DNA from: an uncultured bacterium
GTDB taxonomy: Bacteria; Patescibacteriota; Patescibacteriia; CAIQCM01
Assembly (NCBI GenBank): GCA_963708045.1
Contig: OY970181.1
Location: forward strand, 259,740 to 323,739
DNA: 64,000 bases
Direction of reading: 5' to 3'
In this document: piece after piece, positions 53,340 to 63,055 of the stretch
Layout: each line of letters starts with the position of its first letter
Numbering within the stretch: position 1 is the first letter of the stretch
Made by a program: the position numbers and the translations under genes
Notes under the pieces: model-generated
Database searches by the model: none
Seen by the model: only the letters and a program-made list of their open reading frames with translations
What the model was told of the DNA's origin: nothing

Positions 53340-54757
53340 CCATTTGTGATAAGTTTTTTAATTTCGGTTTTTGTTACCGCGCCAAAAAGATAAGCGAAAA
53401 CGCCGTAACAAACGGCACCGACAACAATGCGGACAATTACATTAAAAGAAGGAAGCAAATAAATTACCGCGCCCATCGCGAGCGCCGCGGCGGCCGAACG
53501 AAAGAAAATATTAAACGACGGAACGACCTGCGTTTCTTTAATAACGATAATGCCGGCGACAACGGCGATGAATGCTTCGGAAAAAATCGTAATCAGCGCC
53601 GCCGCGGTCGCGCCAAAGCGGGGGATGAAAATAAAATAGAGCGTAAGCGAAATTGCGGCGTCCAAGGCATAAAACCAAGTCATTAGTCGCTGACGGTTGA
53701 TGCCGACAATAAGGTGGCCAAAAAGTGAACCGTAAAAAACCATAAACGCGGCAACTACCAAGAGCGCAAGCAACGGACCAGCCGGCGCAAATTCATTTGT
53801 TGAAAGAAAAATCATGAGCGGGGTTGCGAGCAAAATGCCGCCCACAAGCGTCGGCATGGCAAGCAGGGAAACGCCATCCATCGCCCGTTCCACAACTCGT
53901 CGCACTCGGGCTTTATCAATTTTTGACCACGCGTCAACAAAATGCGGCAGAACAAGCCCCATAAAAATAATCGGAATAACCGTGATTACGTCCAATGGTT
54001 TATACGCCGCGCCATACCAACCGATTTCCTCCGCCCCGCGTCCGACAATCTTCATTATAATAATGTCGCCACGCAGGTAGATTAAGTTGAACATTATGGA
54101 GATGGCGATTGGCGCGCTTTGTTTAACAATGTCCCGAACGGTTGCTCTATCAAGCTGTAATTTCCAATCAAGAATTTTTTTAGACGAAGCGAGTGCAATT
54201 ACAATCATTATTAAATTGCCAACGCCCATCGCCACCATTACGCCGACGATTCCAAAGCCCATCGCGTTTACGACAATGACACCAATAAGGAGCGCGGCGC
54301 GGCCGGCGACTTCGGCCACGGCCGGAAATTCCATCTTCATACTTTGCTGAAAAAGGCCAACCGACACCTGATACAAAGAAAGCAGGACAAAAGAAAACGC
54401 GCCAACGGCAATGGCTTTATGAACCGGCGCGCCCCATGGGAGCAGGAGCGCCAAAAGCGCACTCAGCGCGAAAACAACCAGGGCTGAAATAAGCCGCAAG
54501 GTAACAATGTTGCCAAAAATTTTTTTGCGGTCAGCGCCGGCAACCGCGAGCATTCGGACGGCGGTAATATTAAAACCAAAGTCCACGAGCGTTCCCGTAA
54601 ATTGCAGGTAAGAAGCGGCAACGGTGTATTCGCCAAAGCCAGCCGCGCCAAGGTAACGGGTAAGGAGAGCGATTGTGAAAAGCCCAAGGATCGTTCCGAT
54701 CACTTTGCTCGTATACTGAATAGCGGCATTTTTTGCGATCGCTTGCGATAAATTCAT
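53336..54757 (-). CDS. polysaccharide/oligosaccharide flippase (Wzx, MOP-superfamily Polysacc_synt)
   Basis: 473 aa with ~14 TM helices. N-terminal MNLSQAIAKNAAIQYTSKVIGTILGLFTIALLTRYLGAAGFGEY is typical of Wzx. Confidence 0.7.
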   Translation of the reverse strand: MNLSQAIAKNAAIQYTSKVIGTILGLFTIALLTRYLGAAGFGEYTVAASYLQFTGTLVDFGFNITAVRMLAVAGADRKKIFGNIVTLRLISALVVFALSALLALLLPWGAPVHKAIAVGAFSFVLLSLYQVSVGLFQQSMKMEFPAVAEVAGRAALLIGVIVVNAMGFGIVGVMVAMGVGNLIMIVIALASSKKILDWKLQLDRATVRDIVKQSAPIAISIMFNLIYLRGDIIIMKIVGRGAEEIGWYGAAYKPLDVITVIPIIFMGLVLPHFVDAWSKIDKARVRRVVERAMDGVSLLAMPTLVGGILLATPLMIFLSTNEFAPAGPLLALLVVAAFMVFYGSLFGHLIVGINRQRLMTWFYALDAAISLTLYFIFIPRFGATAAALITIFSEAFIAVVAGIIVIKETQVVPSFNIFFRSAAAALAMGAVIYLLPSFNVIVRIVVGAVCYGVFAYLFGAVTKTEIKKLITNG

Positions 54758-54843
54758 AATTTCAGCTTACAGTTTTTGGTCAGCTTCGGCAATTAGACAA
54801 TAGAGTGATAGAATAAAAATAGGAAGCAAGAATCTGTAAATAA

Positions 54844-56673
54844 ATGGATAAAATGACATCAATCGCGCGCGCGTTTAAGCGGATTTTAATTTCCGCCATT
54901 GTTTTGTCGCTGTTTTTTGTTTCCGGCACACTTGTTTCCGCCGCCTCGGTCGCCAAACCAGGCTACTCGGGAAAAATTTTAAGCCAATCGGCGGCAAAGA
55001 CAACATTAAAGCCCGGCGCAGTTTATACTTTCAATATCAGCGTAAAAAATACCGGCACGGTAACTTGGAAAAATTCCGGCAGTCGTTTTTTGTCGGCTTA
55101 TACCTATTCGCCAAAATATCGCGTAAGCGCTTTTGCTGGCGCTTCTTGGTACCGCAACAATCAACCTGCGAAGATAAAGGAGGCGAGCGTTGCGCCTGGG
55201 AAAACCGCGACACTAAGTTTTAAAATGAAAGCCCCAACCAAGACCGGCGTTTATGAAGAAAGTTTTTGGTTAGCTGCGGAAAATTATTCTTGGATAGACG
55301 GCGCGCAATTTAAAATTTCTATAACGGTTGATGATGGAAAAACGCCAGCGGCTTCTGTTTCGGCAACGCCGCCACCCGCACCCGCGACAACAACGCCAAT
55401 CGCGATTGCGCCATATTCTGCCCAGCTGCTCATTAAATCATTTACCGATACGGTGATTGTAAAGGGTGGACAAAACGTTAGCGTGACCGTTGGTTTTAAA
55501 AATATTGGTTCAATAATTTGGCAAACGCGCGTCCTTCATACGCGCGGCACAAACATTGCCGACGTGACTTCGCTTGCGAGCGCCGATTGGCCAAATGCCC
55601 AAGAACCATCGCGCGTTCGCGAGCCGATTTCGCCGGGCAATGTCGGATATTTTACCTTTAACATCACGGGGCCGGTTTCCAAAGGCTCGTATAATTTGCC
55701 GCTAAAGATGGTCGTGGATGGCACTGATGTTGTGGGAACTGAATTTGATATTCCGGTTACCGTAACCGAAGACGCGCCCGAACTTCCAACACAGGAAATT
55801 CCAATTTCCGCGTCAGCTGGCGAACCAAATATTCGCGTCGGCCTTTGGAATGTGCCAGGCGGCGCCGTGCTTTTAAACTCCGCGTCGTTTAATGTTGTCG
55901 GAAGCAATGGAACAACAATAACAACGGTTCCGGCTGGGACGACCATCACCGTTGGTTTTAATCGCGAAACAAAAACCGTCGTTGTTTCCACGCCAAGCGG
56001 ACAATTTGTTTCGTCGCCGCCAGTTCGTTTCGTTCCGTCCAGTCCAAGCGGGCTTTTTCAAGTGCCAAACTTTGGCGGCTGGGACGCGACCGCTTACGTT
56101 AACCAATTCCGCGGCACAATGGAGTTGAATTATTATCAACCTAACGACAATGTTTGGCTCATAGAAGAATTGCCGCTAGAACAATATTTGCGCGGCCTCG
56201 CCGAAACTTCAAACGACTCTAATCACGAATTTCAAAAAACGCTAATCGTTGCCGCGCGCAATTATGCTTACTTTGTCCATTCTATCGGCGGCAAGTACGC
56301 GCTCTTTGACGTTACGCCAACCGCCGCTGATCAGGTTTATCGCGCTTATGGCTCGGAAACGATTCGGCCGAATTTGGTACGAGCGGTTGAAGAAACCCGC
56401 GGCCAAGTGGTGACTTACGGCAACGACGTTGTTGTGACGCCATACTTTTCGCGCTCCGACGGCCGCACGCGCGCCTGGGAAGAAGTCTGGTGTTGCAAAG
56501 TTAAGCCCTGGCTAAAGTCTGTGCCCGCGCCGCACGACGTTGGCAAAACGCTGTGGGGTCACGGCGTTGGTATGTCCGCAAGCGACGCGCTCGGCTGGGC
56601 TAACGACGGAAAAACTTACGACTGGATTCTGCAATATTTTTACACGGGGACGGTACTGAAGAAGATTTATTAG
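54844..56673 (+). CDS. SpoIID/LytB-domain protein with N-terminal beta-sandwich repeats
   Basis: C-terminal SpoIID core (...YLRGLAETSNDSNHEFQKTLIVAARNYA...VTPYFSRSDGRTRAWEEVW...GHGVGMSASDALGWA). Confidence 0.75.
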   Translation: MDKMTSIARAFKRILISAIVLSLFFVSGTLVSAASVAKPGYSGKILSQSAAKTTLKPGAVYTFNISVKNTGTVTWKNSGSRFLSAYTYSPKYRVSAFAGASWYRNNQPAKIKEASVAPGKTATLSFKMKAPTKTGVYEESFWLAAENYSWIDGAQFKISITVDDGKTPAASVSATPPPAPATTTPIAIAPYSAQLLIKSFTDTVIVKGGQNVSVTVGFKNIGSIIWQTRVLHTRGTNIADVTSLASADWPNAQEPSRVREPISPGNVGYFTFNITGPVSKGSYNLPLKMVVDGTDVVGTEFDIPVTVTEDAPELPTQEIPISASAGEPNIRVGLWNVPGGAVLLNSASFNVVGSNGTTITTVPAGTTITVGFNRETKTVVVSTPSGQFVSSPPVRFVPSSPSGLFQVPNFGGWDATAYVNQFRGTMELNYYQPNDNVWLIEELPLEQYLRGLAETSNDSNHEFQKTLIVAARNYAYFVHSIGGKYALFDVTPTAADQVYRAYGSETIRPNLVRAVEETRGQVVTYGNDVVVTPYFSRSDGRTRAWEEVWCCKVKPWLKSVPAPHDVGKTLWGHGVGMSASDALGWANDGKTYDWILQYFYTGTVLKKIY

Positions 56674-56675
56674 AC

Positions 56676-56772
56676 GAATATCTAATACCTAATATCTAAT
56701 GTCTAATCCTGAATCACACCGCAATTGCGGTGTGTGCTCGGATTAGGTATTAGGAATTAGATATTAGGTATT
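56676..56772. repeat. Family-A ~100-bp imperfect palindrome (full copy)
   Basis: gacgaatatctaatacctaatatctaatgtctaatcctgaatcacaccgcaattgcggtgtgtgctcggattaggtattaggaattagatattaggtattt is nearly identical to the copy at 2033. Confidence 0.8.
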
Positions 56773-56775
56773 TAA

Positions 56776-56806
56776 AAAGTCGGACTTTAGAGTCCGACTT
56801 TTTTTA
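56776..56806. terminator. bidirectional intrinsic terminator
   Basis: aaaaagtcggactt-taga-gtccgactttttt. Confidence 0.7.
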
Positions 56807-57350
56807 GATTCATTCCGCCGACGTGATACTTGCGGTCATCATCAGCAAGATCAAGAATTTTTTGACGAATGTTGTTCGGGTTGTGTGCTCGTTCAAAATG
56901 AAAGCGTGCTTGTTCGGCGGCCGACTGTACCGACAGCATTCCATAACCAAAAAGCGTCGCGCCGATTCCGTTGGATTGTGAAGTAACGTCCTGTACGAGC
57001 CACAAATCCATTTCCGAAACCGTGCGGCTAAAAAGCCCTTCTTGTTCAACGGCGATAATCCGGTCGTTTGTCACCACCCAAATATCAAGATAAAAATTTA
57101 TAATCAGCGAAAAGAAAAAGAGCCAGATGGCGAGCAGGTAAATTGATGCTCCCAAAACAATGAGCGGGTAGGTAACTTGACCGGACATTATCGCGGGAAA
57201 ATTTAGTTGCAAAAAATAAATCGCGACAAGCGGAATAAGCGAAAAAATTACGAGCGCAATCACGTCGCGGACGACAAAAATAACATGCCGTCGGAGAATG
57301 ATGACGATGTGTTCGTATGGTTTTAGTTTAAAAAGATGCTTGATGTTCAT
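56787..57350 (-). CDS. membrane protein with bacterial PH-like (YdbS/YdbT-type) domain, tentative
   Basis: Two TM helices then a soluble domain. Family call is low-confidence and from topology only. Confidence 0.35.
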   Translation of the reverse strand: MNIKHLFKLKPYEHIVIILRRHVIFVVRDVIALVIFSLIPLVAIYFLQLNFPAIMSGQVTYPLIVLGASIYLLAIWLFFFSLIINFYLDIWVVTNDRIIAVEQEGLFSRTVSEMDLWLVQDVTSQSNGIGATLFGYGMLSVQSAAEQARFHFERAHNPNNIRQKILDLADDDRKYHVGGMNLKKVGL

Positions 57351-57353
57351 AAT

Positions 57354-57599
57354 TTAAAGCGTTGTCGGCACACCAAAAGAAAAATTTATGTTGATGTTCT
57401 GCGTCCAATCTAAAGGCGAAAGCAGATAATATGTTCCGTAAAGAATTGCCAGTGTGCCGGCCAAAAAAAGTATGGTAACAACCATTGCAGAAACAAAGCC
57501 CGAGCGAAAACGCCAAAGATTCGCCAAATCAACCAAGGCAAAGATGGTAAAAACGAGAAGAAAAATAGCGTATGGTGCGAGAAGAAGCCAGAGAGGCAT
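57354..57599 (-). CDS. small membrane protein (2 TM)
   Basis: 81 aa, hydrophobic. Likely in an operon with the downstream gene. Confidence 0.35.
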   Translation of the reverse strand: MPLWLLLAPYAIFLLVFTIFALVDLANLWRFRSGFVSAMVVTILFLAGTLAILYGTYYLLSPLDWTQNININFSFGVPTTL

Positions 57600-57609
57600 A
57601 GTTGAACTT

Positions 57610-57690
57610 TTAGGTTTTAACTTTTAACTTTTAAGGCGTCTTCGCGAAAAAAAGTTAACAGTTAATAGTTAAAAGTTATTAATTAATTCT
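57610..57690. repeat. Family-B palindromic repeat
   Basis: ggttttaacttttaacttttaaggcgtcttcgcgaaaaaaagttaacagttaatagttaaaagttatt. Confidence 0.6.
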
Positions 57691-58732
57691 ATATCAATTC
57701 ACCAGATTGGGGAACAAGACCAAGGTGTTTATATGCAGAAATCGTAGCCATTCGTCCGCGCGGGGTGCGCTCTAAAAAGCCGATGTGCATTAAGTATGGT
57801 TCAATAACTTCTTCAAGCGTGGCGACTTCTTCGTGCGTTGCCGCGGCGAGAGTACCAATGCCAACGGGGCCGCCGTGAAATTTTTGAATCAGCGCTTCAA
57901 GAATAATTCGGTCGGCGCTGTCTAGTCCCATTGTGTCAACGCAAAGTTCATCCAGCGCTTTCATTGCGATTTCGTTCGTCAGTTCGCCTGTGCCATGCAT
58001 TTGCGCGTAGTCGCGGGCGCGGCGGAGCAAGCGATTCCCTATGCGCGGCGTGCGGCGACTTCGGCTGGCGAGTTCGCTTGCGGCGTTTTCGTCCAAGTGA
58101 ACGCCCAAAAGTTTTGCCGAGCGCATAATGATTCGTTTCATATCCTCGGCCGAGTAATAATCCAAGTGATATGTCGCGCCAAAGCGGTCGCGGAGCGGGG
58201 ATGACAAAAGCGACAGCCGCGTGGTTGCGCCAACGAGCGTAAAGCGGGGAATGTCTAAGCGGAGCGTGCGCGCGGCTGGACCTTTGCCAATGACCATATC
58301 CAAAGCAAAGTCTTCCATCGCTGGATACAAAACTTCTTCAATCGTTTTTGGTAGGCGATGAATTTCGTCAATAAAAAGAATTTCGCCGGGCTCAAGGTTT
58401 GAAAGAATCGCCGCGAGGTCGCCAACGCGTTCAATCGCCGGACCAGAAGTAATGCGAATATTTTTTCCCATCTCGTGAGCAATAATATGCGAGAGCGTAG
58501 TTTTGCCAAGTCCGGGCGGACCATAAAGAAGCGTGTGTTCAATCGGCTCATTGCGCTTTTTTGCTGCGCCCAAAAAAGTCTTAAGCTGGCGCTTAAGCGT
58601 GTCTTGCCCGATAAAATCGTCTAACGCCGACGGCCGCAGGGTGAGGTCGGTTTTGGTGTCCTCGGGCAATTCGTTTGGCGAAATCGTTCGCTCGTTTCCG
58701 TCAATTTTATCGCTGTTTATCGCGTCGTCCAT
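57689..58732 (-). CDS. ruvB: Holliday junction branch migration helicase RuvB
   Basis: Walker [23 protein letters not shown], Walker [11 protein letters not shown], sensor and winged-helix regions. Confidence 0.92.
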   Translation of the reverse strand: MDDAINSDKIDGNERTISPNELPEDTKTDLTLRPSALDDFIGQDTLKRQLKTFLGAAKKRNEPIEHTLLYGPPGLGKTTLSHIIAHEMGKNIRITSGPAIERVGDLAAILSNLEPGEILFIDEIHRLPKTIEEVLYPAMEDFALDMVIGKGPAARTLRLDIPRFTLVGATTRLSLLSSPLRDRFGATYHLDYYSAEDMKRIIMRSAKLLGVHLDENAASELASRSRRTPRIGNRLLRRARDYAQMHGTGELTNEIAMKALDELCVDTMGLDSADRIILEALIQKFHGGPVGIGTLAAATHEEVATLEEVIEPYLMHIGFLERTPRGRMATISAYKHLGLVPQSGELI

Positions 58733-58840
58733 ATTGTCATAACTTTAACAAAATCTGACCGCCTTGTCATTGGCGGCCATTCCGAACCGTGATCCGAGGC
58801 CCAATCAACGCGAGGGGTTTTGGTGTAATAAGACGCGTGG

Positions 58841-59296
58841 TTGTATAATAATTTTATGAAACGCCGTGCTTTTACTTTAATTGAGTTACTTGTAGTGATC
58901 GCGATTATTGGCTTGCTGTCAACGATCGCTGTAGTTTCGCTTACTGGCACGCGCGCCAAAGCCCGCGACACAAAACGACTGGCAGATCTTAAACAGATTC
59001 AATCAGCGGTTGAATTTTATATGATTGACAACAACGTTTACCCATCTTCACTCGGCGTGGCATCAGCTTATATCCCAAACATCCCCACTGATCCTATTAA
59101 TACAGCTGGTCAGTATGGTTATTATTACGTAACTCAGTTCAAGAAGACCGGAAGTTGTTCCTACCTTGCAACCGGCCTTGATACGGATTATCTCATGGGA
59201 ACAAGATTGGAAAACCCTAATGGCGTATCTGGCAGTTGCCCTGAAGGAGTAAGCGCTTATGGTAACCCTAATATTAATTATCTATTAGGCAATTAA
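58841..59296 (+). CDS. type IV pilin (prepilin N-terminal methylation motif)
   Basis: MKRRAFTLIELLVVIAIIGLLSTIAVVSL. Confidence 0.75.
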   Translation: MYNNFMKRRAFTLIELLVVIAIIGLLSTIAVVSLTGTRAKARDTKRLADLKQIQSAVEFYMIDNNVYPSSLGVASAYIPNIPTDPINTAGQYGYYYVTQFKKTGSCSYLATGLDTDYLMGTRLENPNGVSGSCPEGVSAYGNPNINYLLGN

Positions 59297-59299
59297 AAA

Positions 59300-59846
59300 A
59301 TGAAACGCCGCGCTTTTACTTTAATTGAACTTCTGGTTGTGATCGCGGTCATTGGTCTGCTTTCTATGATTGCGGTTGTTTCAATGAGTGGCACACGCGC
59401 CAAAGCGCGCGACCTTAAACGAAAGACCGACCTCAAACAATTGGCGACGGCCGTTGAATTGTATTACGCCAAGTATGATAGTTATCCGAGCACTGGCGGT
59501 AACTGGTGGACGACCTGCAGAGACGGAGGGGGTTGGGTAGGGCTTAAGGGCGTGACGGGAGCCAGTGGCTGGATACCTAATTTGGCGCCGGAATTCATCG
59601 GCCAGCTCCCGCTTCGATCCAGTACGCGGAACTGGCGTCGGGGTCCTGACGAATCCTGCGACTACTTCGGATACCGTAGATTGCTATCTTTATGTATCCA
59701 ATGGCACGGATTATAAAATAGTATCCCACTGTTCGGCCGAAAGTGGACCTGTTGGAAGTTCGGATCCGTTCTATAAAGGATCTGGGGCATGGGGCTGCGG
59801 CAATTATCATTTCGCTGTCTACACGCCGGGGGCGTATAGTTGGTAA
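59300..59846 (+). pseudogene. type IV pilin paralog interrupted by a +1 frameshift near 59610
   Basis: ORFs 59300..59716 and 59565..59846 together align with the intact paralog at 59938..60480. There is an extra C in ctcccgcttCgatcca relative to ctcccacttgatccg (LPLDP). Confidence 0.6.
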
Positions 59847-59937
59847 ATTATTTTGATTTTATTTTTTGTTTAACAAAACCCCCCCGCATAAAGCGAGGGG
59901 TTTGGTGTAATAAGACGCGCGGCGGTATAATAATTTT

Positions 59938-60480
59938 ATGAAACGCCGCGCTTTTACTTTAATTGAACTTCTTGTCGTAATCGCGATCATCGGCCTACTT
60001 GGCACGATCGCGGTTGTTTCTATGAGCGGCTCGCGCGCTAAAGCGCGCGACTTAAAAAGAAAAACCGACTTAAAGCAACTGGCAACTGCTTTAGAATTGT
60101 ATTATGACAAATACAATTCTTATCCCATCGCAACCACGTGGTGGTCAACCTGTGATGGTTGGACGGGATTAAAAGGTGTTTCCGGTGCTAATGGTTGGAT
60201 TCCTAATCTGGCACCGGAATTTATAGGCAAGCTCCCACTTGATCCGATCCGTGGAACAAATATCGGGCCATTGACCGGCCCCACGGGTATTACGGATGTT
60301 GGCCAGTATTGTTATATTTATCGTTCAAATAGTGCAGGTACGGAATATAAAATTGGCACGCATTGCGGTGCGGAAACCGGTCCCATCGTAAGTCCGGATC
60401 CTTTTTATAAAGGTTCGTCAGCTTGGAGTTGTGGTGATTATCATTTTGCCGTTTATACGCCAGGGGCGTACGGTTGGTAA
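59938..60480 (+). CDS. type IV pilin (prepilin N-terminal methylation motif)
   Basis: MKRRAFTLIELLVVIAIIGLLGTIAVVSM. C-terminal ...CGDYHFAVYTPGAYGW shared with the frameshifted paralog. Confidence 0.75.
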   Translation: MKRRAFTLIELLVVIAIIGLLGTIAVVSMSGSRAKARDLKRKTDLKQLATALELYYDKYNSYPIATTWWSTCDGWTGLKGVSGANGWIPNLAPEFIGKLPLDPIRGTNIGPLTGPTGITDVGQYCYIYRSNSAGTEYKIGTHCGAETGPIVSPDPFYKGSSAWSCGDYHFAVYTPGAYGW

Positions 60481-60554
60481 ATTATTCTGATTTTATTTTT
60501 TGTTTAACAAAACCCCCCGCATAAAGCGAGGGGATTTGTAGATCGCAATGACCG

Positions 60555-60600
60555 CCGGATTAGACATTAGATATTAGGTATTAGATATTCTGCGTCTCTA
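60555..60600. repeat. Family-A repeat fragment (ggattagacattagatattaggtattagatattc)
   Basis: Motif identity. Confidence 0.55.
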
Positions 60601-61482
60601 CCCCTTAACCTCGTTTGAACTAATAAGCTGGTGCATTAGGTCGGAAGTTTTTGAAACGCTGGTATCAAGAAAAATAACTTTGGAATTATTGCTGTCGCCG
60701 ATGGTCTTTAAGGTATCCAAGTATTGGGTAAGGTTAAGGATGGCCATAATTTCGGCCGAGGATTGGTTGGTGATTTTCTGCATTGTTTCAACCGAACGGC
60801 GAATACCTTCGGCAATGGCTTCGCGCTCTAAGGCAATACCTTCGCCCTGCAAACGCTTGCGTTCCTTTTCGGCCTCAGCTTCTTTAATCGCTTGAATTTT
60901 TGTCGCCTCGCCTTTGTTTTCGGCGGCCTTTCTAAGTTGAAGCGAAGCAACCACTTCGCTCATCGCATCGGTGATGGTAAGCGGGAAATTTACATTGGTA
61001 ATCTGGAAGCTTTTAATAAGCATTCCCCATTCGGCAAACTGAATTTCTAAGTCGCGTTGAATGTGTTGGGCGAGTTCTTCTTTTTTTTCTAAAATTCCCT
61101 CGTGTGTTTCTTTGGCAATGTAGGTGCGGAGCGAGTTTTCAATGGTTGCGCCAATGGACGTGGAGGCGTCTTGAAGCGCGTAGGTAAAACGTTGAATGCC
61201 ATCGTCGGTCGGATTTACGGTGAAGATAAGGTTGGTATTAACGTCAACTATTACTTTGTCGGCCGACGGATATTTGCCGGCGATGACGAAGTTTTGCGAG
61301 CGAAGCGAAACAGTTTTCGCAATGCGTTCCAAAAGCGGCACCTTAACATTAAACCCCGCTGTCATAACACGTTTATATTTGCCAAGCATTTCTACGACCA
61401 GCACGGTGTTTTGCCGAACGATTTTAATGTTCGCGATAATGATCGCGATTATAAGGATGAAAATTATGTATGTCCAAGTCAT
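60598..61482 (-). CDS. SPFH/band-7 (stomatin/prohibitin-like) membrane protein
   Basis: N-terminal TM, SPFH core (IVRQNTVLVVEMLGKY...), and a C-terminal E/A/K-rich coiled-coil. Confidence 0.8.
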   Translation of the reverse strand: MTWTYIIFILIIAIIIANIKIVRQNTVLVVEMLGKYKRVMTAGFNVKVPLLERIAKTVSLRSQNFVIAGKYPSADKVIVDVNTNLIFTVNPTDDGIQRFTYALQDASTSIGATIENSLRTYIAKETHEGILEKKEELAQHIQRDLEIQFAEWGMLIKSFQITNVNFPLTITDAMSEVVASLQLRKAAENKGEATKIQAIKEAEAEKERKRLQGEGIALEREAIAEGIRRSVETMQKITNQSSAEIMAILNLTQYLDTLKTIGDSNNSKVIFLDTSVSKTSDLMHQLISSNEVKG

Positions 61483-61540
61483 AAATTTAATAAGTGATTT
61501 ATAATGCTAATGTGTTCTTTTGCGGTAAGAAAGTCAAGTA

Positions 61541-61580
61541 AAAAAATCACCTCCCCAACGTGAGAGCGTCGGGGAGGCGA
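61541..61580. terminator. intrinsic terminator hairpin
   Basis: cacctccccaacg-tgagagcg-tcggggaggcgaggtg. Confidence 0.5.
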
Positions 61581-61593
61581 GGTGGTGAAAGGG

Positions 61594-62793
61594 TTATAGG
61601 ATAATGGAGATCTGGTTTGAGTAGACGCCGCAAGCGCCACTCAAATATTGGCAGACGCGCACATATATCGTTACGCCCGTTGGGGCATTGTTAATTTGCG
61701 TGCTCGTGGTGTTCGGTGCGCTTAAGTAAATAGGGTGATCACCACTTCTCGGCGGGTATTCCGGGTTTGGGTTCGTTGACCAAATGACTTTGTATCCTTT
61801 GCTGGAACAGCCTTCCGTAAGCCAGTTCACGCTAATGCTGCACACGTCGCTTTGAGTCAGAGTGATTGAATTCACCCAGGACACGGCATCTTTGGTGCAC
61901 TCAATTGGTACTGTGTCACGCTGAAGATCTGGAGTCGGTGCGAGGGTGTCAATGACAATCTCAGCGTCTGGCATAAGGTCGGGCGATGTGTCCGGCGTCA
62001 TGGCGTCTGGTTCCAACGCTACTAGTGTCGTATCGGGAAGCATTGCGTCGGGAATGACAAGCGGCGGCTCTGGCGTTGTGTCGGGTTCTTGGCACCCGCA
62101 ATCACGCCTGGTGTCCGGTTCCACTACCTTGGTGTCTGGCTGAATAATGTGGGCATCAGGTGTCGGAACTGGCGGGGCAACGTACGTGTCCACGATGATT
62201 GCCGCATCGGGGATGATAACCGGCGGTGCGACATACGTGTCTACGGGAATTGCAGCGTCGGGAATGACCACGACTGGTGGGGCAACGTACGTGTCCTTGG
62301 CAACACCTGCATCAGGAGTGATGACGGTGGGCGGCGGAACGTACGCGTCCTTGAGGGTGGCGGCATCCACTTTGACCGCGATTGCCGGTGGCGCATCTAC
62401 TTGTCTTGTGCCAGCATCGGGCAGTGGTGCATAGATGTAGATCGGCGGTATTGCCGGCGCCGCATCTGGTGCAACGGGAATGTCGGTCACGCCGCTGTCA
62501 GGGTCTGGCTCGGGGCAAAGACAACCGTTGATTTGAACGACGCTCTTCATCCGAACTGCCCTGAAAATCTTCTGCTCGCCACACGGACGTGTTCCGATTT
62601 GCCCATTTGGACACGAACACGGTAATGGCTCGCAGTTGATTTTGCCACTGGGGTTTAGTGCAATCCCATTCGTATCGTCCGTGGGCGCTTCTTCGCTCAC
62701 GGCGGGGATGGGCTGCTTCCTGATTGTTTCCTCGGCGCATCCTGCCCACAATCCAAACGCAATCATCAACACTAACAGTTTTCTGGGTTTCAT
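61594..62793 (-). CDS. lipoprotein with five tandem ~14-aa DTYVAPPV(V)IPDAAI repeats and C-terminal beta-sandwich-like domain (GC-rich)
   Basis: Lipobox LWAGC. The peptide repeats are encoded by ~42-bp DNA tandem repeats at ~62140-62400. Confidence 0.5.
   Translation of the reverse strand: MKPRKLLVLMIAFGLWAGCAEETIRKQPIPAVSEEAPTDDTNGIALNPSGKINCEPLPCSCPNGQIGTRPCGEQKIFRAVRMKSVVQINGCLCPEPDPDSGVTDIPVAPDAAPAIPPIYIYAPLPDAGTRQVDAPPAIAVKVDAATLKDAYVPPPTVITPDAGVAKDTYVAPPVVVIPDAAIPVDTYVAPPVIIPDAAIIVDTYVAPPVPTPDAHIIQPDTKVVEPDTRRDCGCQEPDTTPEPPLVIPDAMLPDTTLVALEPDAMTPDTSPDLMPDAEIVIDTLAPTPDLQRDTVPIECTKDAVSWVNSITLTQSDVCSISVNWLTEGCSSKGYKVIWSTNPNPEYPPRSGDHPIYLSAPNTTSTQINNAPTGVTIYVRVCQYLSGACGVYSNQISIIL
62140..62400. 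repeat. ~42-bp tandem DNA repeats (x5, imperfect) inside the lipoprotein gene
   Basis: Recurring unit ggcggggcaacgtacgtgtccacgatgattgccgcatcgggaatgacc with variants. Confidence 0.7.
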
Positions 62794-63055
62794 CTGAGTC
62801 TCCTTGAAATGAACGGATTTTGCTACTGGCTCGTGTTTTCTAAGCCAGTGCCGTGGCTAGAAGAAAAATTCTACCAAAGCACGTAATAATGACATATTCT
62901 AGAGAAAATGTCAAGGTGCCCCAGTTATTTCGCGTTTTTTCTTGGTGAACTGAATTTTCAGCAAATTAAATACACAAAAAAGCGGCCATAGATCTTCTTT
63001 GACGGTGGGGTGCTTTAGTGGCAAGGTGTAGTGGCAAAAGAAGGGATGGATCAAA

